From assembly GCA_049602055.1 (NCBI GenBank), contig JBMYRG010000008.1, positions 20,618-84,617 on the forward strand: a stretch of DNA of 64,000 nucleotides, written 5' to 3'. Below the pieces are notes generated by a model. The model did no database searches, was not told the origin of the DNA, and worked only from the letters and a program-made list of their open reading frames with translations. Of the stretch, positions 19,926-28,561 are shown piece by piece; position 1 is the stretch's first letter; each line of letters starts with the position of its first letter. A program made the position numbers and the translations under genes. This DNA comes from Alphaproteobacteria bacterium. GTDB lineage: Bacteria > Pseudomonadota > Alphaproteobacteria > MPNO01 > UBA2964.

Positions 19926-21226
19926 CAGGCCTTCTCCATCGGCTTCGCACTGGCGGCAGAGGATAAACCCCCACCCCCTTTCAGTACTGGCTCACTAATA
20001 CTTGTTGGCAAAGGTTTGGTTTTTTCGAAGAAACCCAGCAACGGAAGGATGACGATAAAGTGCAGGAAGTAATAAGCCGTCGCCGCCTGGGAGATATATG
20101 TCCAGGGTTCCTCTGCTGGCTTCGCGCCGCAAATTCCGAGAATGATACAATCGATAACCAGCAACCAGAAGAATTGCTTATATAAAGGCCGGAAACGGGC
20201 ACTCCTAACTGGTGAGTGATCGAGCCATGGCAGGATAAACAGCACCATGATTGACGCAAACATCGCCAACACGCCAGCCAACTTGGCTGACATCAACCAT
20301 GAAATTGGGAGATAAATGAGGGCATCTGCAGTGAACGACCGCAAAATTGCGTAGAACGGGAGGAAATACCATTCAGGCACGATATGTGGCGGCGTCACCA
20401 GCGGGTTGGCCTCGATGTAATTATCAGGGTGTCCAAGGAAGTTCGGTGCGAAGAACACAAACCCGAAGAACAGAACCAAAAAAACCCCTAAACCGAACAA
20501 GTCCTTGACCGTATAATAAGGGTGGAACGGGATCGTATCCTGCGGTGACTTTGTATCGATGCCAATCGGATTGTTTGAGCCGTGCTGATGTAGCGCCACA
20601 ATATGAAGCACAATGATCCCCACCAAAACAAATGGTAATAAATAATGCAGGCTAAAGAACCGGTTCAACGTTGGGTTATCAACCGAGAAACCGCCCCAAA
20701 GCAGTGTAACTATAGAGTCACCAACAACGGGGATTGCCGAAAACAGATTGGTAATAACCGTCGCGCCCCAGAAACTCATTTGCCCCCAGGGAAGCACATA
20801 CCCAAGGAAGGCTGTCGCCATCATGATCAACAGGATAACAACGCCCAAAATCCACAAAATCTCGCGGGGCGACTTATAGGATCCAAAATACATTCCTCTG
20901 AAGATATGGATGAATACCACGATAAAGAAGGCCGACGCACCGTTCATATGAACATAGCGGATTAACCAGCCATAATTGACGTCGCGCATAATACGCTCGA
21001 TTGAATCAAAGGCGTAAGCGGTATGCGCCGTATAGTGCATCGCCAGCACAATACCGGTGACAATCATGATCACCAGAATGATTCCGGCAAGGGAACCGAA
21101 GTTCCAAAAGTAATTCAAATTCTTGGGCGTGGGGTACTCATGAAGCTCATGCTCCATGAATGAAAAAACCGGCAGCCGGTAGTCGATCCAGGCTACGATT
21201 GGGTTTTTAAACTTTGAATCGCTCAT
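19925..21226 (-). CDS. petB: Cytochrome b (bc1 complex)
   Basis: [35 protein letters not shown] motif. Confidence 0.99.
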   Translation of the reverse strand: MSDSKFKNPIVAWIDYRLPVFSFMEHELHEYPTPKNLNYFWNFGSLAGIILVIMIVTGIVLAMHYTAHTAYAFDSIERIMRDVNYGWLIRYVHMNGASAFFIVVFIHIFRGMYFGSYKSPREILWILGVVILLIMMATAFLGYVLPWGQMSFWGATVITNLFSAIPVVGDSIVTLLWGGFSVDNPTLNRFFSLHYLLPFVLVGIIVLHIVALHQHGSNNPIGIDTKSPQDTIPFHPYYTVKDLFGLGVFLVLFFGFVFFAPNFLGHPDNYIEANPLVTPPHIVPEWYFLPFYAILRSFTADALIYLPISWLMSAKLAGVLAMFASIMVLFILPWLDHSPVRSARFRPLYKQFFWLLVIDCIILGICGAKPAEEPWTYISQAATAYYFLHFIVILPLLGFFEKTKPLPTSISEPVLKGGGGLSSAASAKPMEKA

Positions 21227-21237
21227 CCAGTTTTCTC

Positions 21238-21801
21238 CTAACCGATTTTAACGAGCTTGTCCGACAAGAACTTGTATGCCGGGACCGGAAGATTTTTGGG
21301 TGCGGGTCCTTTGCGGATCCGCCCTGATGTATCGTAATGAGAGCCATGGCACGGGCAGAACCAGCCGCCAAACTCGCCTTTTAATTCGCCTTGCTTGGTG
21401 CCTGACGGAATGCAACCCAGGTGAGTGCAGACGCCGACCACAATCAACCATTCTGGTTTCTGCGCCCGCTTTGCATCGGTTTCAGGGTCTGGAAGGTTGG
21501 CAAGGTCGACGCCGCCCGCTGCTTCTATCTGTGCCTTGGTCCGACGCACGATAAAGACTGGCTTACCCTGCCATTTAACCAAAATTCTTTGGCCGGGCTT
21601 GATGGGTTCCAGATTGACCTCAGTCGTGGATGCCGCCAGCGTATCCGCCGCCGGGTTCATCTGATCAATAAGTGGCCACGCCGCAGCAGCAGCACCAAAG
21701 GCACCAAAGGCCCCGGTAGCCAGCATCAGAAAATCACGTCTGGTTTCGCCTTCTTCGGCGCCGTGAGTGCCATCTCCGGCCGTATCAGCAGAACTCGCCA
21801 T
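21238..21801 (-). CDS. petA: Rieske iron-sulfur subunit (bc1 complex)
   Basis: Tat motif RRDFL, CTHLGC and CPCHGS boxes. Start moved to ATG 21801. Confidence 0.98.
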   Translation of the reverse strand: MASSADTAGDGTHGAEEGETRRDFLMLATGAFGAFGAAAAAWPLIDQMNPAADTLAASTTEVNLEPIKPGQRILVKWQGKPVFIVRRTKAQIEAAGGVDLANLPDPETDAKRAQKPEWLIVVGVCTHLGCIPSGTKQGELKGEFGGWFCPCHGSHYDTSGRIRKGPAPKNLPVPAYKFLSDKLVKIG

Positions 21802-21982
21802 TATGTCCCTCTTGGTTATATCCGCGCACTGGTCGCGGCTCTGCAAACGTACCAGATATCATTAACGTACCAGTAGATTCAAACACTGCGGCCTTACGCC
21901 GCAGCAAGCCTGGAACGCTAGCAATACGTGCCCTTGTAACGGGGCACGGGTATAATCGACAACAACCTTAATGCAAAGGTCA

Positions 21983-21998
21983 TTAACCGATCATTAAC
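21983..21998 (+). promoter_or_regulatory. CtrA-type binding box TTAA-N7-TTAAC
   Basis: TTAAccgatcaTTAAC is an exact match to the alphaproteobacterial CtrA consensus, in the petA/trmL divergent intergenic region. Confidence 0.45.
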
Positions 21999-21999
21999 T

Positions 22000-22470
22000 A
22001 TGCGAATAGCGCTTTACCAACCTGATATCCCTCAAAATACCGGCACCATCCTGAGGATGGCTGCCTGCATGAATGTCGGTGTGGACATTATCGAACCTTG
22101 TGGCTTTGTTCTGGACGACAGGCGGCTGCGGCGATCTGGCATGGACTATCTCGATCAGGTCGATTTAACGCGCCATATCTCATGGGATCATTTTTACAAA
22201 AACTGTTCCGAAAGGGGTGATCGGCTTATTTTGCTGACCACGTCAGGAGACGTTCCCTATTGCGACTTTGCATTCCAACCCAATGACAGGTTGCTGTTGG
22301 GCAGAGAAAGTGCAGGTGCCCCTCCTGAAGTGCACGAGGCGGCGCTTGCCAGGCTACGAATCCCTATGGCAAACGGAACGAGATCGCTGAATATTGCCAT
22401 GGCTAGTGCAATGGTGTTGGGTGAAGCCTTAAGACAGACAAATCGATTTGTCACAGGAATTTCAGAATGA
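22000..22470 (+). CDS. trmL: tRNA (cytidine(34)-2'-O)-methyltransferase (SPOUT)
   Basis: [27 protein letters not shown]...RSLN. Confidence 0.95.
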   Translation: MRIALYQPDIPQNTGTILRMAACMNVGVDIIEPCGFVLDDRRLRRSGMDYLDQVDLTRHISWDHFYKNCSERGDRLILLTTSGDVPYCDFAFQPNDRLLLGRESAGAPPEVHEAALARLRIPMANGTRSLNIAMASAMVLGEALRQTNRFVTGISE

Positions 22471-23333
22471 CCCGGACACTCGACGAAAAAAAGGCTGTCG
22501 CGACCGAATGGTTTGCCGAACTTCGAGACCTAATCTGTGCGGAGTTTGAGGCCATAGAACAAGAGGGCGGGGCCGGAAACTCAGAAGCACCGCCCGGAAA
22601 GTTCCAGCGCAAAACATGGGATCGGCAGGATCATACCGGCGCAGATGGTGGTGGCGGGACGATGTCAGTCATGCACGGACGCGTATTTGAAAAAGTCGGG
22701 GTCAATATTTCAGCGGTCCATGGCGAATTCTCCCCAGAGTTTCGCAAAGAAATTCCCGGCGCAGAGGAGAACCCCGAGTTTTGGGCGGCCGGCATTTCTT
22801 TAGTCGCCCATATGAGTTCGCCACTGGTTCCCGCCGTTCATATGAACACGCGTTTTATTTCGACCTCAAAATCATGGTTTGGCGGCGGAACGGATTTAAC
22901 ACCGATGCTCGCCGACGAAGCCGCCGCCAGTGAATTCCATACAGCGCTAAAGGAAGTATGTGACGCCCATGATGGTGCCTATTATGAAAAATTCAAAAAA
23001 TGGTGTGATGAGTATTTTTATCTTCCGCATCGTGAGGAACCTCGCGGCATCGGCGGAATCTTTTACGATTATGTTGATTCAGGAGATTGGGAAGCAGACT
23101 TTGCCTTCACTCAAAACGTCGGGCGTATATTCCTAGAAACCTATCCTTCGATTGTAAGGACCCGCAAAGATCAAGACTGGACAGCAGACCAGCGAGAACA
23201 GCAGCTGGTAAAACGCGGACGCTACGTGGAATTTAATCTCCTGCATGACCGCGGCACAAAATTTGGACTTAAAACCGGAGGCAATGTCGAAGCAATTTTG
23301 ATGTCTATGCCTCCTGTCGCTAAATGGCCGTGA
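22467..23333 (+). CDS. hemF: Oxygen-dependent coproporphyrinogen III oxidase
   Basis: [50 protein letters not shown]. Confidence 0.97.
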   Translation: MTRTLDEKKAVATEWFAELRDLICAEFEAIEQEGGAGNSEAPPGKFQRKTWDRQDHTGADGGGGTMSVMHGRVFEKVGVNISAVHGEFSPEFRKEIPGAEENPEFWAAGISLVAHMSSPLVPAVHMNTRFISTSKSWFGGGTDLTPMLADEAAASEFHTALKEVCDAHDGAYYEKFKKWCDEYFYLPHREEPRGIGGIFYDYVDSGDWEADFAFTQNVGRIFLETYPSIVRTRKDQDWTADQREQQLVKRGRYVEFNLLHDRGTKFGLKTGGNVEAILMSMPPVAKWP

Positions 23334-23397
23334 CAGGCTGGCTATCTGTTATTGGGTCGCTATAGTAGCGACCAGAAAACTAAATTCTGGAGGGGTT

Positions 23398-23943
23398 ATA
23401 AGACGCTTCGCGGTACTCACAGCGACATTACTTTTTACAGCAATCTCGAGCGCGGCACAGGCTGCACAACCTAATCTTACGATTGACCCCTTTTTTGGCA
23501 CCTTCAACGGCGGCGGCGTTTCAGAAAATGCGGATAGCATCTATTTTGCAACAACCGCGCGCGATTTCGATGTCAAAATTGCGCCCGCCGGTAACGGTTT
23601 CAAAATCGACTGGATCAGTGTCATTCGCAAAGGCGGCGATCCTAGCAAGCCGAACATCCGTAGACGTCAAAGTTCCAAAACGCTGCGTCCTACAGACAAT
23701 CCCAGAACATTTCATTGCAAGTCGAGCGGCGATCCTCTGAAGGGCCAGGAGCTATGTTGGGCCAACATCACCGGCTCCACGCTCTCACTCTTTTTAATTC
23801 GTGTGAACAAAGAGGGCACATACGCCATACAACAATATGACCGTACGCTTTCAGGCACTGGCATGAAAATCGTTTTCAAAAGTACGCGTAGCGGCGAAAG
23901 AGTCCGAACCGTCACGGGAAGGTTGGTTAAGACCGCTCGGTGA
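23398..23943 (+). CDS. Hypothetical secreted protein, 181 aa, apparent ATA start (missed by ORF track)
   Basis: GGAGG RBS, then ATA, then an open frame of 182 codons: (M)RRFAVLTATLLFTAISSAAQA-AQPNLTIDPFFGTFNGGG...RTVTGRLVKTAR. Classic signal peptide; fills the hemF-cca gap. Confidence 0.75.
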   Translation: MRRFAVLTATLLFTAISSAAQAAQPNLTIDPFFGTFNGGGVSENADSIYFATTARDFDVKIAPAGNGFKIDWISVIRKGGDPSKPNIRRRQSSKTLRPTDNPRTFHCKSSGDPLKGQELCWANITGSTLSLFLIRVNKEGTYAIQQYDRTLSGTGMKIVFKSTRSGERVRTVTGRLVKTAR

Positions 23944-25159
23944 CAAGTGACTGCAAATAGCTGAGGCAAGAGTTACGATCCGCTTCAAAGTCACCAGCGA
24001 CCCACCAATCTTCAACCTGCCCCAGTAATTCGCCTATTTCATTTCCAAAGGGCACACCCAGATCTACAACATCCTGCCCTTTAATTGAGAAGGGCGGCAC
24101 CGGTTTCGTTTGGGAAAGCGGCCTCAAACTCAACCAATCCTGGTCAGGGGTCCGAGCCGCCCCAATCAGGATAAGTTCATCAAATAGCGCCGGCCCGAGC
24201 CGATACAGCGCCACCCGGTTTTGTTTCAAATCAAATCCAGGGTCAGGTCGAATCTCGGGGTCGCAAAGGCGAAAAAACTGATCACGATCAACGTTTGAAA
24301 ATTTCAGCCGTGCGGCGAGAGCGCGGGCGCCCCCCTCATCAAGATCCACGATTGAGGCAAGACGTCTCAAATAGTCAGGGTCAACCTCAGCGGTAACTTC
24401 CGCCTTTATCAAATTGGATAAACGATCACTGCGAACAACCTCCGGAAGGAGATGGGAAAGAACATCATTCGTCACCATGAGATCAAAAGACGGGCCGGGA
24501 TCCGGGGCCAGAAGCAAACGTGACAATTCTCTCCATACCCGCTCCACAGACAAAGTAGCGATTTGCGGTGCCATCTCTCGGCAAGCCAATATGGCCTCCC
24601 GATCAGCCGCCCCGATACCGTAATGGGCATAGAACCGAAAGAACCGCAGTAATCTTAAGACATCTTCTTCGATCCGCGCGCGTGCATTACCGACAAATCG
24701 AATACGTCCTTCATTGAGATCAGCCAGTCCACCCACTGGGTCAAACACCGTGCCATCTGGGTCACAGTAAAGGGCGTTCACCGTTAAATCCCGACGAGCG
24801 GCGTCCTCTTGCCAGTCGGCGGTATAGATCACGCGCGCGTGTCGTCCATCTGTTTCCACATCGCGCCGCAGCGTTGTTATTTCAAACGGAATTCCATCGC
24901 AGATCGCCGTGACGGTTCCATGATCAATACCGGTTGGAATCGCCCTCAAGCCTGCCTTTTCGATAAGCTCTATTACCTGCTCAGGTCTCTCCGGCGTAGC
25001 GATATCAATATCTTTGACAGGAAGACCAAGCAAAGCGTCACGGACGCAACCACCAACGAACCGGGCAGGTTGTCCCCCAGCCATTAAAGCTTTCATAACC
25101 ACCTGGGTCTGCGCCTGAGCCATCCAGCTATGTAGATCGATAGAGGCGGCAGGTTTCAT
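23927..25159 (-). CDS. cca: CCA tRNA nucleotidyltransferase / poly(A) polymerase family
   Basis: FVGGCVRD, DIDIAT, EITTLRRD, DAARRDLTVNAL, EDVLRLLRFFRF. CCA versus poly(A) activity is not resolved from sequence alone. Confidence 0.88.
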   Translation of the reverse strand: MKPAASIDLHSWMAQAQTQVVMKALMAGGQPARFVGGCVRDALLGLPVKDIDIATPERPEQVIELIEKAGLRAIPTGIDHGTVTAICDGIPFEITTLRRDVETDGRHARVIYTADWQEDAARRDLTVNALYCDPDGTVFDPVGGLADLNEGRIRFVGNARARIEEDVLRLLRFFRFYAHYGIGAADREAILACREMAPQIATLSVERVWRELSRLLLAPDPGPSFDLMVTNDVLSHLLPEVVRSDRLSNLIKAEVTAEVDPDYLRRLASIVDLDEGGARALAARLKFSNVDRDQFFRLCDPEIRPDPGFDLKQNRVALYRLGPALFDELILIGAARTPDQDWLSLRPLSQTKPVPPFSIKGQDVVDLGVPFGNEIGELLGQVEDWWVAGDFEADRNSCLSYLQSLVTERS

Positions 25160-25174
25160 TGGCCGAAGCCTTCG

Positions 25175-25396
25175 TCAGAAATCAAGAAGTTCGGGATAAG
25201 CGATGATGGTAAAAACCGAAATAATCGTTAGCGAGCCACCCGACAGGATGAGCCACGGCCAGGGTAATGGCTCCCAATCCTCACGGGCAATTGCCTTGGA
25301 CCCTCCGAGTTTCGGAGGAGCAAAAGCGCGCCATAAAATATAAAGCCCGGTTGGCGTTACCAGCGGTACTACAAACAATAAAACCAAGCGGATCAT
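25175..25396 (-). CDS. Small two-TM membrane protein (DUF6111-like)
   Basis: MIRLVLLFVVPLVTPTGLYILW...PWPWL; sits between nudL and cca in the same operon. Confidence 0.7.
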   Translation of the reverse strand: MIRLVLLFVVPLVTPTGLYILWRAFAPPKLGGSKAIAREDWEPLPWPWLILSGGSLTIISVFTIIAYPELLDF

Positions 25397-25995
25397 GCGT
25401 TCCTCACCATCTTCCCCAATTCAACCAGAATGCGGGCCGTCAGACCCCATATATAGTGATCATTATAAGGCATCACATAATATTCCCGCGATTTTCCGCG
25501 TTCGTCACGTTTTTCCAGCCGATGATTGGCAGGATCCAACACGAAGTCCATCGGCACTTCAAACACTTTGGCGACTTCGGAGGGATCTGGCGACAGAGAT
25601 ATAGGCGGTTGGATCAATCCAACAACAGGCATAACCCGATATCCAGTCCCTGTGTCCCGCGCATTCATCCGTCCCAAAACATCTATCATTGACGCGGAAA
25701 GCCCAATTTCCTCTTCGGTTTCACGAAGCGCCGTCTCTTCAGGCGTCACTTCTCCGGGCTCAACCCTCCCACCAGGAAAGGCGATCTGTCCCGCATGATC
25801 CGACATGGTTTCCGTTCTTTGTGTCAGGAGAACCGTCATCCCCTCCGCCCGCTCGATCAGCGGCACAAGAACGGCCGCCGAGCGCAGTGACGTCTCCCGC
25901 CCTGCTACCGAAGGCGCAGGCCAAATATTGCCTGGCGCATAGGGGTTGGGCCCGACACCAAGGCCCGCAAAAATTGTAGTCAGAAGATCACGCAT
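25393..25995 (-). CDS. nudL: CoA pyrophosphatase, Nudix family
   Basis: AAVLVPL, LLTQRT...HAGQIAFPGG, ALRETEEEIG, EVAKVFEVP, YIWGLTA. Confidence 0.9.
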   Translation of the reverse strand: MRDLLTTIFAGLGVGPNPYAPGNIWPAPSVAGRETSLRSAAVLVPLIERAEGMTVLLTQRTETMSDHAGQIAFPGGRVEPGEVTPEETALRETEEEIGLSASMIDVLGRMNARDTGTGYRVMPVVGLIQPPISLSPDPSEVAKVFEVPMDFVLDPANHRLEKRDERGKSREYYVMPYNDHYIWGLTARILVELGKMVRNA

Positions 25996-26015
25996 TATTC
26001 CTACCAGCGGTCATT

Positions 26016-26591
26016 TCAATCCGCTTGGCCCAACGTAAAACAAGTACCATTACTCCAAACACCCAGGACCGTTCTACCTTCGCCTGGTATTTCGACGGCC
26101 AGTTCCACTAAGTCATAGAAAACGGCTCGTGTGATTAAGGCTTCAATTCCTTCTCTCACCTTAAGGTAAGGTGATGGCTCACCCGTCTCGGAATCAATCA
26201 CGACTCTGATGCGATTCTCAGGGCCGGCAATCACAATATCGTCAACATTGGTTCTGAACGACAAACGCTGATTTAGTTTTTCACCTTCCACCGACATTTC
26301 AACGGCCTGAAAGGGCGCATCTTCGACTTGAATTCGGCATTTTTCGACCGGCGTTTCTAGCCAGAAGTCCCCTTGATCATCGCGTTTTAAAATCGAACCA
26401 AACAATTTTACGAGTTGTTTTCGTTCAATGGGCGAGCCATGATAATTCCAAGTTCCGTCACGGGCGATACGCATATCAATATCGCCGCAAAATAGCTGGC
26501 CGTTCGGTTCACCGGATTTGTCGCCAAGAAGACGACCCTCAAGCGAGTCCTTCAACTCGTCGCCGGGACTACTGGTAAGTGACTTATCCAT
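26016..26591 (-). CDS. DUF1285 domain protein
   Basis: CGDIDMRIARDGTWNYHGSPI, LVKLFGSILK, LETPVEKCRIQVEDAPF, FRTNVDD. Confidence 0.85.
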   Translation of the reverse strand: MDKSLTSSPGDELKDSLEGRLLGDKSGEPNGQLFCGDIDMRIARDGTWNYHGSPIERKQLVKLFGSILKRDDQGDFWLETPVEKCRIQVEDAPFQAVEMSVEGEKLNQRLSFRTNVDDIVIAGPENRIRVVIDSETGEPSPYLKVREGIEALITRAVFYDLVELAVEIPGEGRTVLGVWSNGTCFTLGQAD

Positions 26592-26621
26592 GGTGCACCG
26601 CCTGCGTCATGGAGACTCTAT

Positions 26622-27653
26622 ATGGCTGAAACAGAATCCCTAACTCAATCCACCAGTCCTGGAGAAGAACCCCCTGCCCGTCTCGTCGCAGAAATCGATT
26701 CACTGGGCCAACGTATAGCCCTCGTTCGCGACCGGATTGGCCGGATAATTTTTGGCCAGAACCAAGTGATCGACGAAACTCTTATCACGCTGCTCGCTGG
26801 CGGTCACGTTTTGTTAATCGGCTTTCCCGGCCTCGGTAAAACGCGATTAGTCGAAACGTTAGGAACCGTCCTCGGGCTCGATGACAAAAGGGTTCAATTC
26901 ACGCCTGATTTAATGCCTGCGGATATTCTTGGTTCCGAAATTCTTGATGAAGGAGAAGACGGTACAAGACGGTCTTTTCGCTTTATCGAAGGACCAGTTT
27001 TCTGCCAGTTGGTAATGGCTGATGAAATCAACCGTGCCAGCCCAAGAACCCAATCAGCCCTGTTACAAGCGATGCAGGAGAAAACCGTTTCAGTTGCAGG
27101 TCAGAATCACGCTCTACCGAACCCATTTCATGTCCTTGCCACCCAGAATCCGCTGGAGCAGGAAGGTACGTACCCGTTGCCTGAAGCACAACTTGATCGG
27201 TTTCTCATGCAGGTCGATGTAAGCTACCCATCAGAAGAAGCCGAGCGTGAAATACTTTTGGCTACAACGGGATCAGAAGCTGCAACCCCGGAGCAGGTGC
27301 TTACGGCAGATGATCTGATTTCAGCACAACGGCTGGTGCGTCAAATTCCAGTCGGCGATAGTGTTGTACAATCAATCCTCAACCTCGTGCGATCAGCGCG
27401 TCCTACCGAAAGCGCGTTACCCGAGATTCGGGATCATGTTGCATGGGGCCCCGGCCCACGTGCTAGCCAGGCTCTTATGCTAGCGTGCCGTGCACGCGCT
27501 TTATTGGATGGTCGCTACGCGCCATCCATTGATGACGTCGTCGCATTGTCGAAACCGGTGCTGCGACATCGCATGGCACTCAGCTTCGCGGCCCGGGCCG
27601 ATGGCATAACCATTGATGAGGTAATTGAACGGCTTTGCGCTCCTTTGGCCTAA
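26622..27653 (+). CDS. moxR: MoxR-family AAA+ ATPase
   Basis: Walker A GFPGLGKT, RVQFTPDLMPAD, Walker B ADEINRASPRTQSALL, ATQNPLEQEGTYPLPEAQLDRF. Confidence 0.95.
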   Translation: MAETESLTQSTSPGEEPPARLVAEIDSLGQRIALVRDRIGRIIFGQNQVIDETLITLLAGGHVLLIGFPGLGKTRLVETLGTVLGLDDKRVQFTPDLMPADILGSEILDEGEDGTRRSFRFIEGPVFCQLVMADEINRASPRTQSALLQAMQEKTVSVAGQNHALPNPFHVLATQNPLEQEGTYPLPEAQLDRFLMQVDVSYPSEEAEREILLATTGSEAATPEQVLTADDLISAQRLVRQIPVGDSVVQSILNLVRSARPTESALPEIRDHVAWGPGPRASQALMLACRARALLDGRYAPSIDDVVALSKPVLRHRMALSFAARADGITIDEVIERLCAPLA

Positions 27654-28558
27654 AACTCGTGGGCCTCAGCAATCGGGAAGCTGAACGTCCAGCGTCGATC
27701 AGACAACGAGCAGAGGAAACAGCTGCTCGTTTGCCTCCTTTGTTGGTCGCTGCCGAACGCATTGCTGCTACCGTTGCGCAAGGAGTCCACGGCCGTCGCC
27801 GTGTTGGCCAGGGAGAATCGTTTTGGCAATTTCGGCGTTACCAACAGGGCGACAACGTCCAAAGGATTGACTGGCGACAGTCAGCAAAGCGCGAACACCT
27901 CTATATTCGGGAAAATGAATGGGAAGCGGCTCAGAGCGTCTGGGTGTGGCTAGATCGTTCGACATCCATGAAATATCACTCCGACGACGGATTACCAGAC
28001 AAGGCTGATCGTGCTGCGGTTCTCATGCTGGCGCTGGCCTCCCTTCTCATCCGGGGCGGAGAACGCATCACCCTCCTTGGGTCCGGAATCCCACCGTCGA
28101 ATGGCCGCGCCGTTATGGACAGGCTCGTCGCCTCTATTTCCACCGCCTTTGACCGGGAACAAAGTGCCCCGCCGCTGGAGCCTCTCCCGCGTTACGCCCG
28201 GGTCGTTATGATATCTGACTTCCTGACGCCGCCCGCAGAAATCGAAGAGACGTTACGCGGCTTTGCGTCTCTAGGCGTGCGCGGTCATCTTTTGCAAATT
28301 TTCGATCCCGCCGAACGAAGCCTGCCGTTTTCCGGTCGCGTGCGCTTCGAAGGTTTGGAAGACGAGGGGGCGGCGCTGATCGGTCGTGTTGAAGCCGTGA
28401 GAACAGAGTATGTGCAGCTCATGGAGAAACACCGGCGCGCAATCGAAGACATTGCCCGCAATCTGGGATGGAGTTGTCTCGCGCACGCCACTGATCAGCC
28501 ACCGCAAACAGCGTTGCTCGCACTTTACAATGCTCTAACAGAAACGCCGGGAGCATAA
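27635..28558 (+). CDS. DUF58 (vWA-like) protein
   Basis: GVHGRRRVGQGESFWQFRRY, IDWRQSAK, DRSTSM MIDAS-like; follows moxR. Confidence 0.9.
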   Translation: MRSFGLKLVGLSNREAERPASIRQRAEETAARLPPLLVAAERIAATVAQGVHGRRRVGQGESFWQFRRYQQGDNVQRIDWRQSAKREHLYIRENEWEAAQSVWVWLDRSTSMKYHSDDGLPDKADRAAVLMLALASLLIRGGERITLLGSGIPPSNGRAVMDRLVASISTAFDREQSAPPLEPLPRYARVVMISDFLTPPAEIEETLRGFASLGVRGHLLQIFDPAERSLPFSGRVRFEGLEDEGAALIGRVEAVRTEYVQLMEKHRRAIEDIARNLGWSCLAHATDQPPQTALLALYNALTETPGA

Positions 28559-28561
28559 GCA

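Noticed and set aside
21690-21715. Short direct repeat GCACCAAAG x2 in petA
   Set aside because: Encodes the FGAFGA segment of the Rieske transmembrane helix; not a repeat element.
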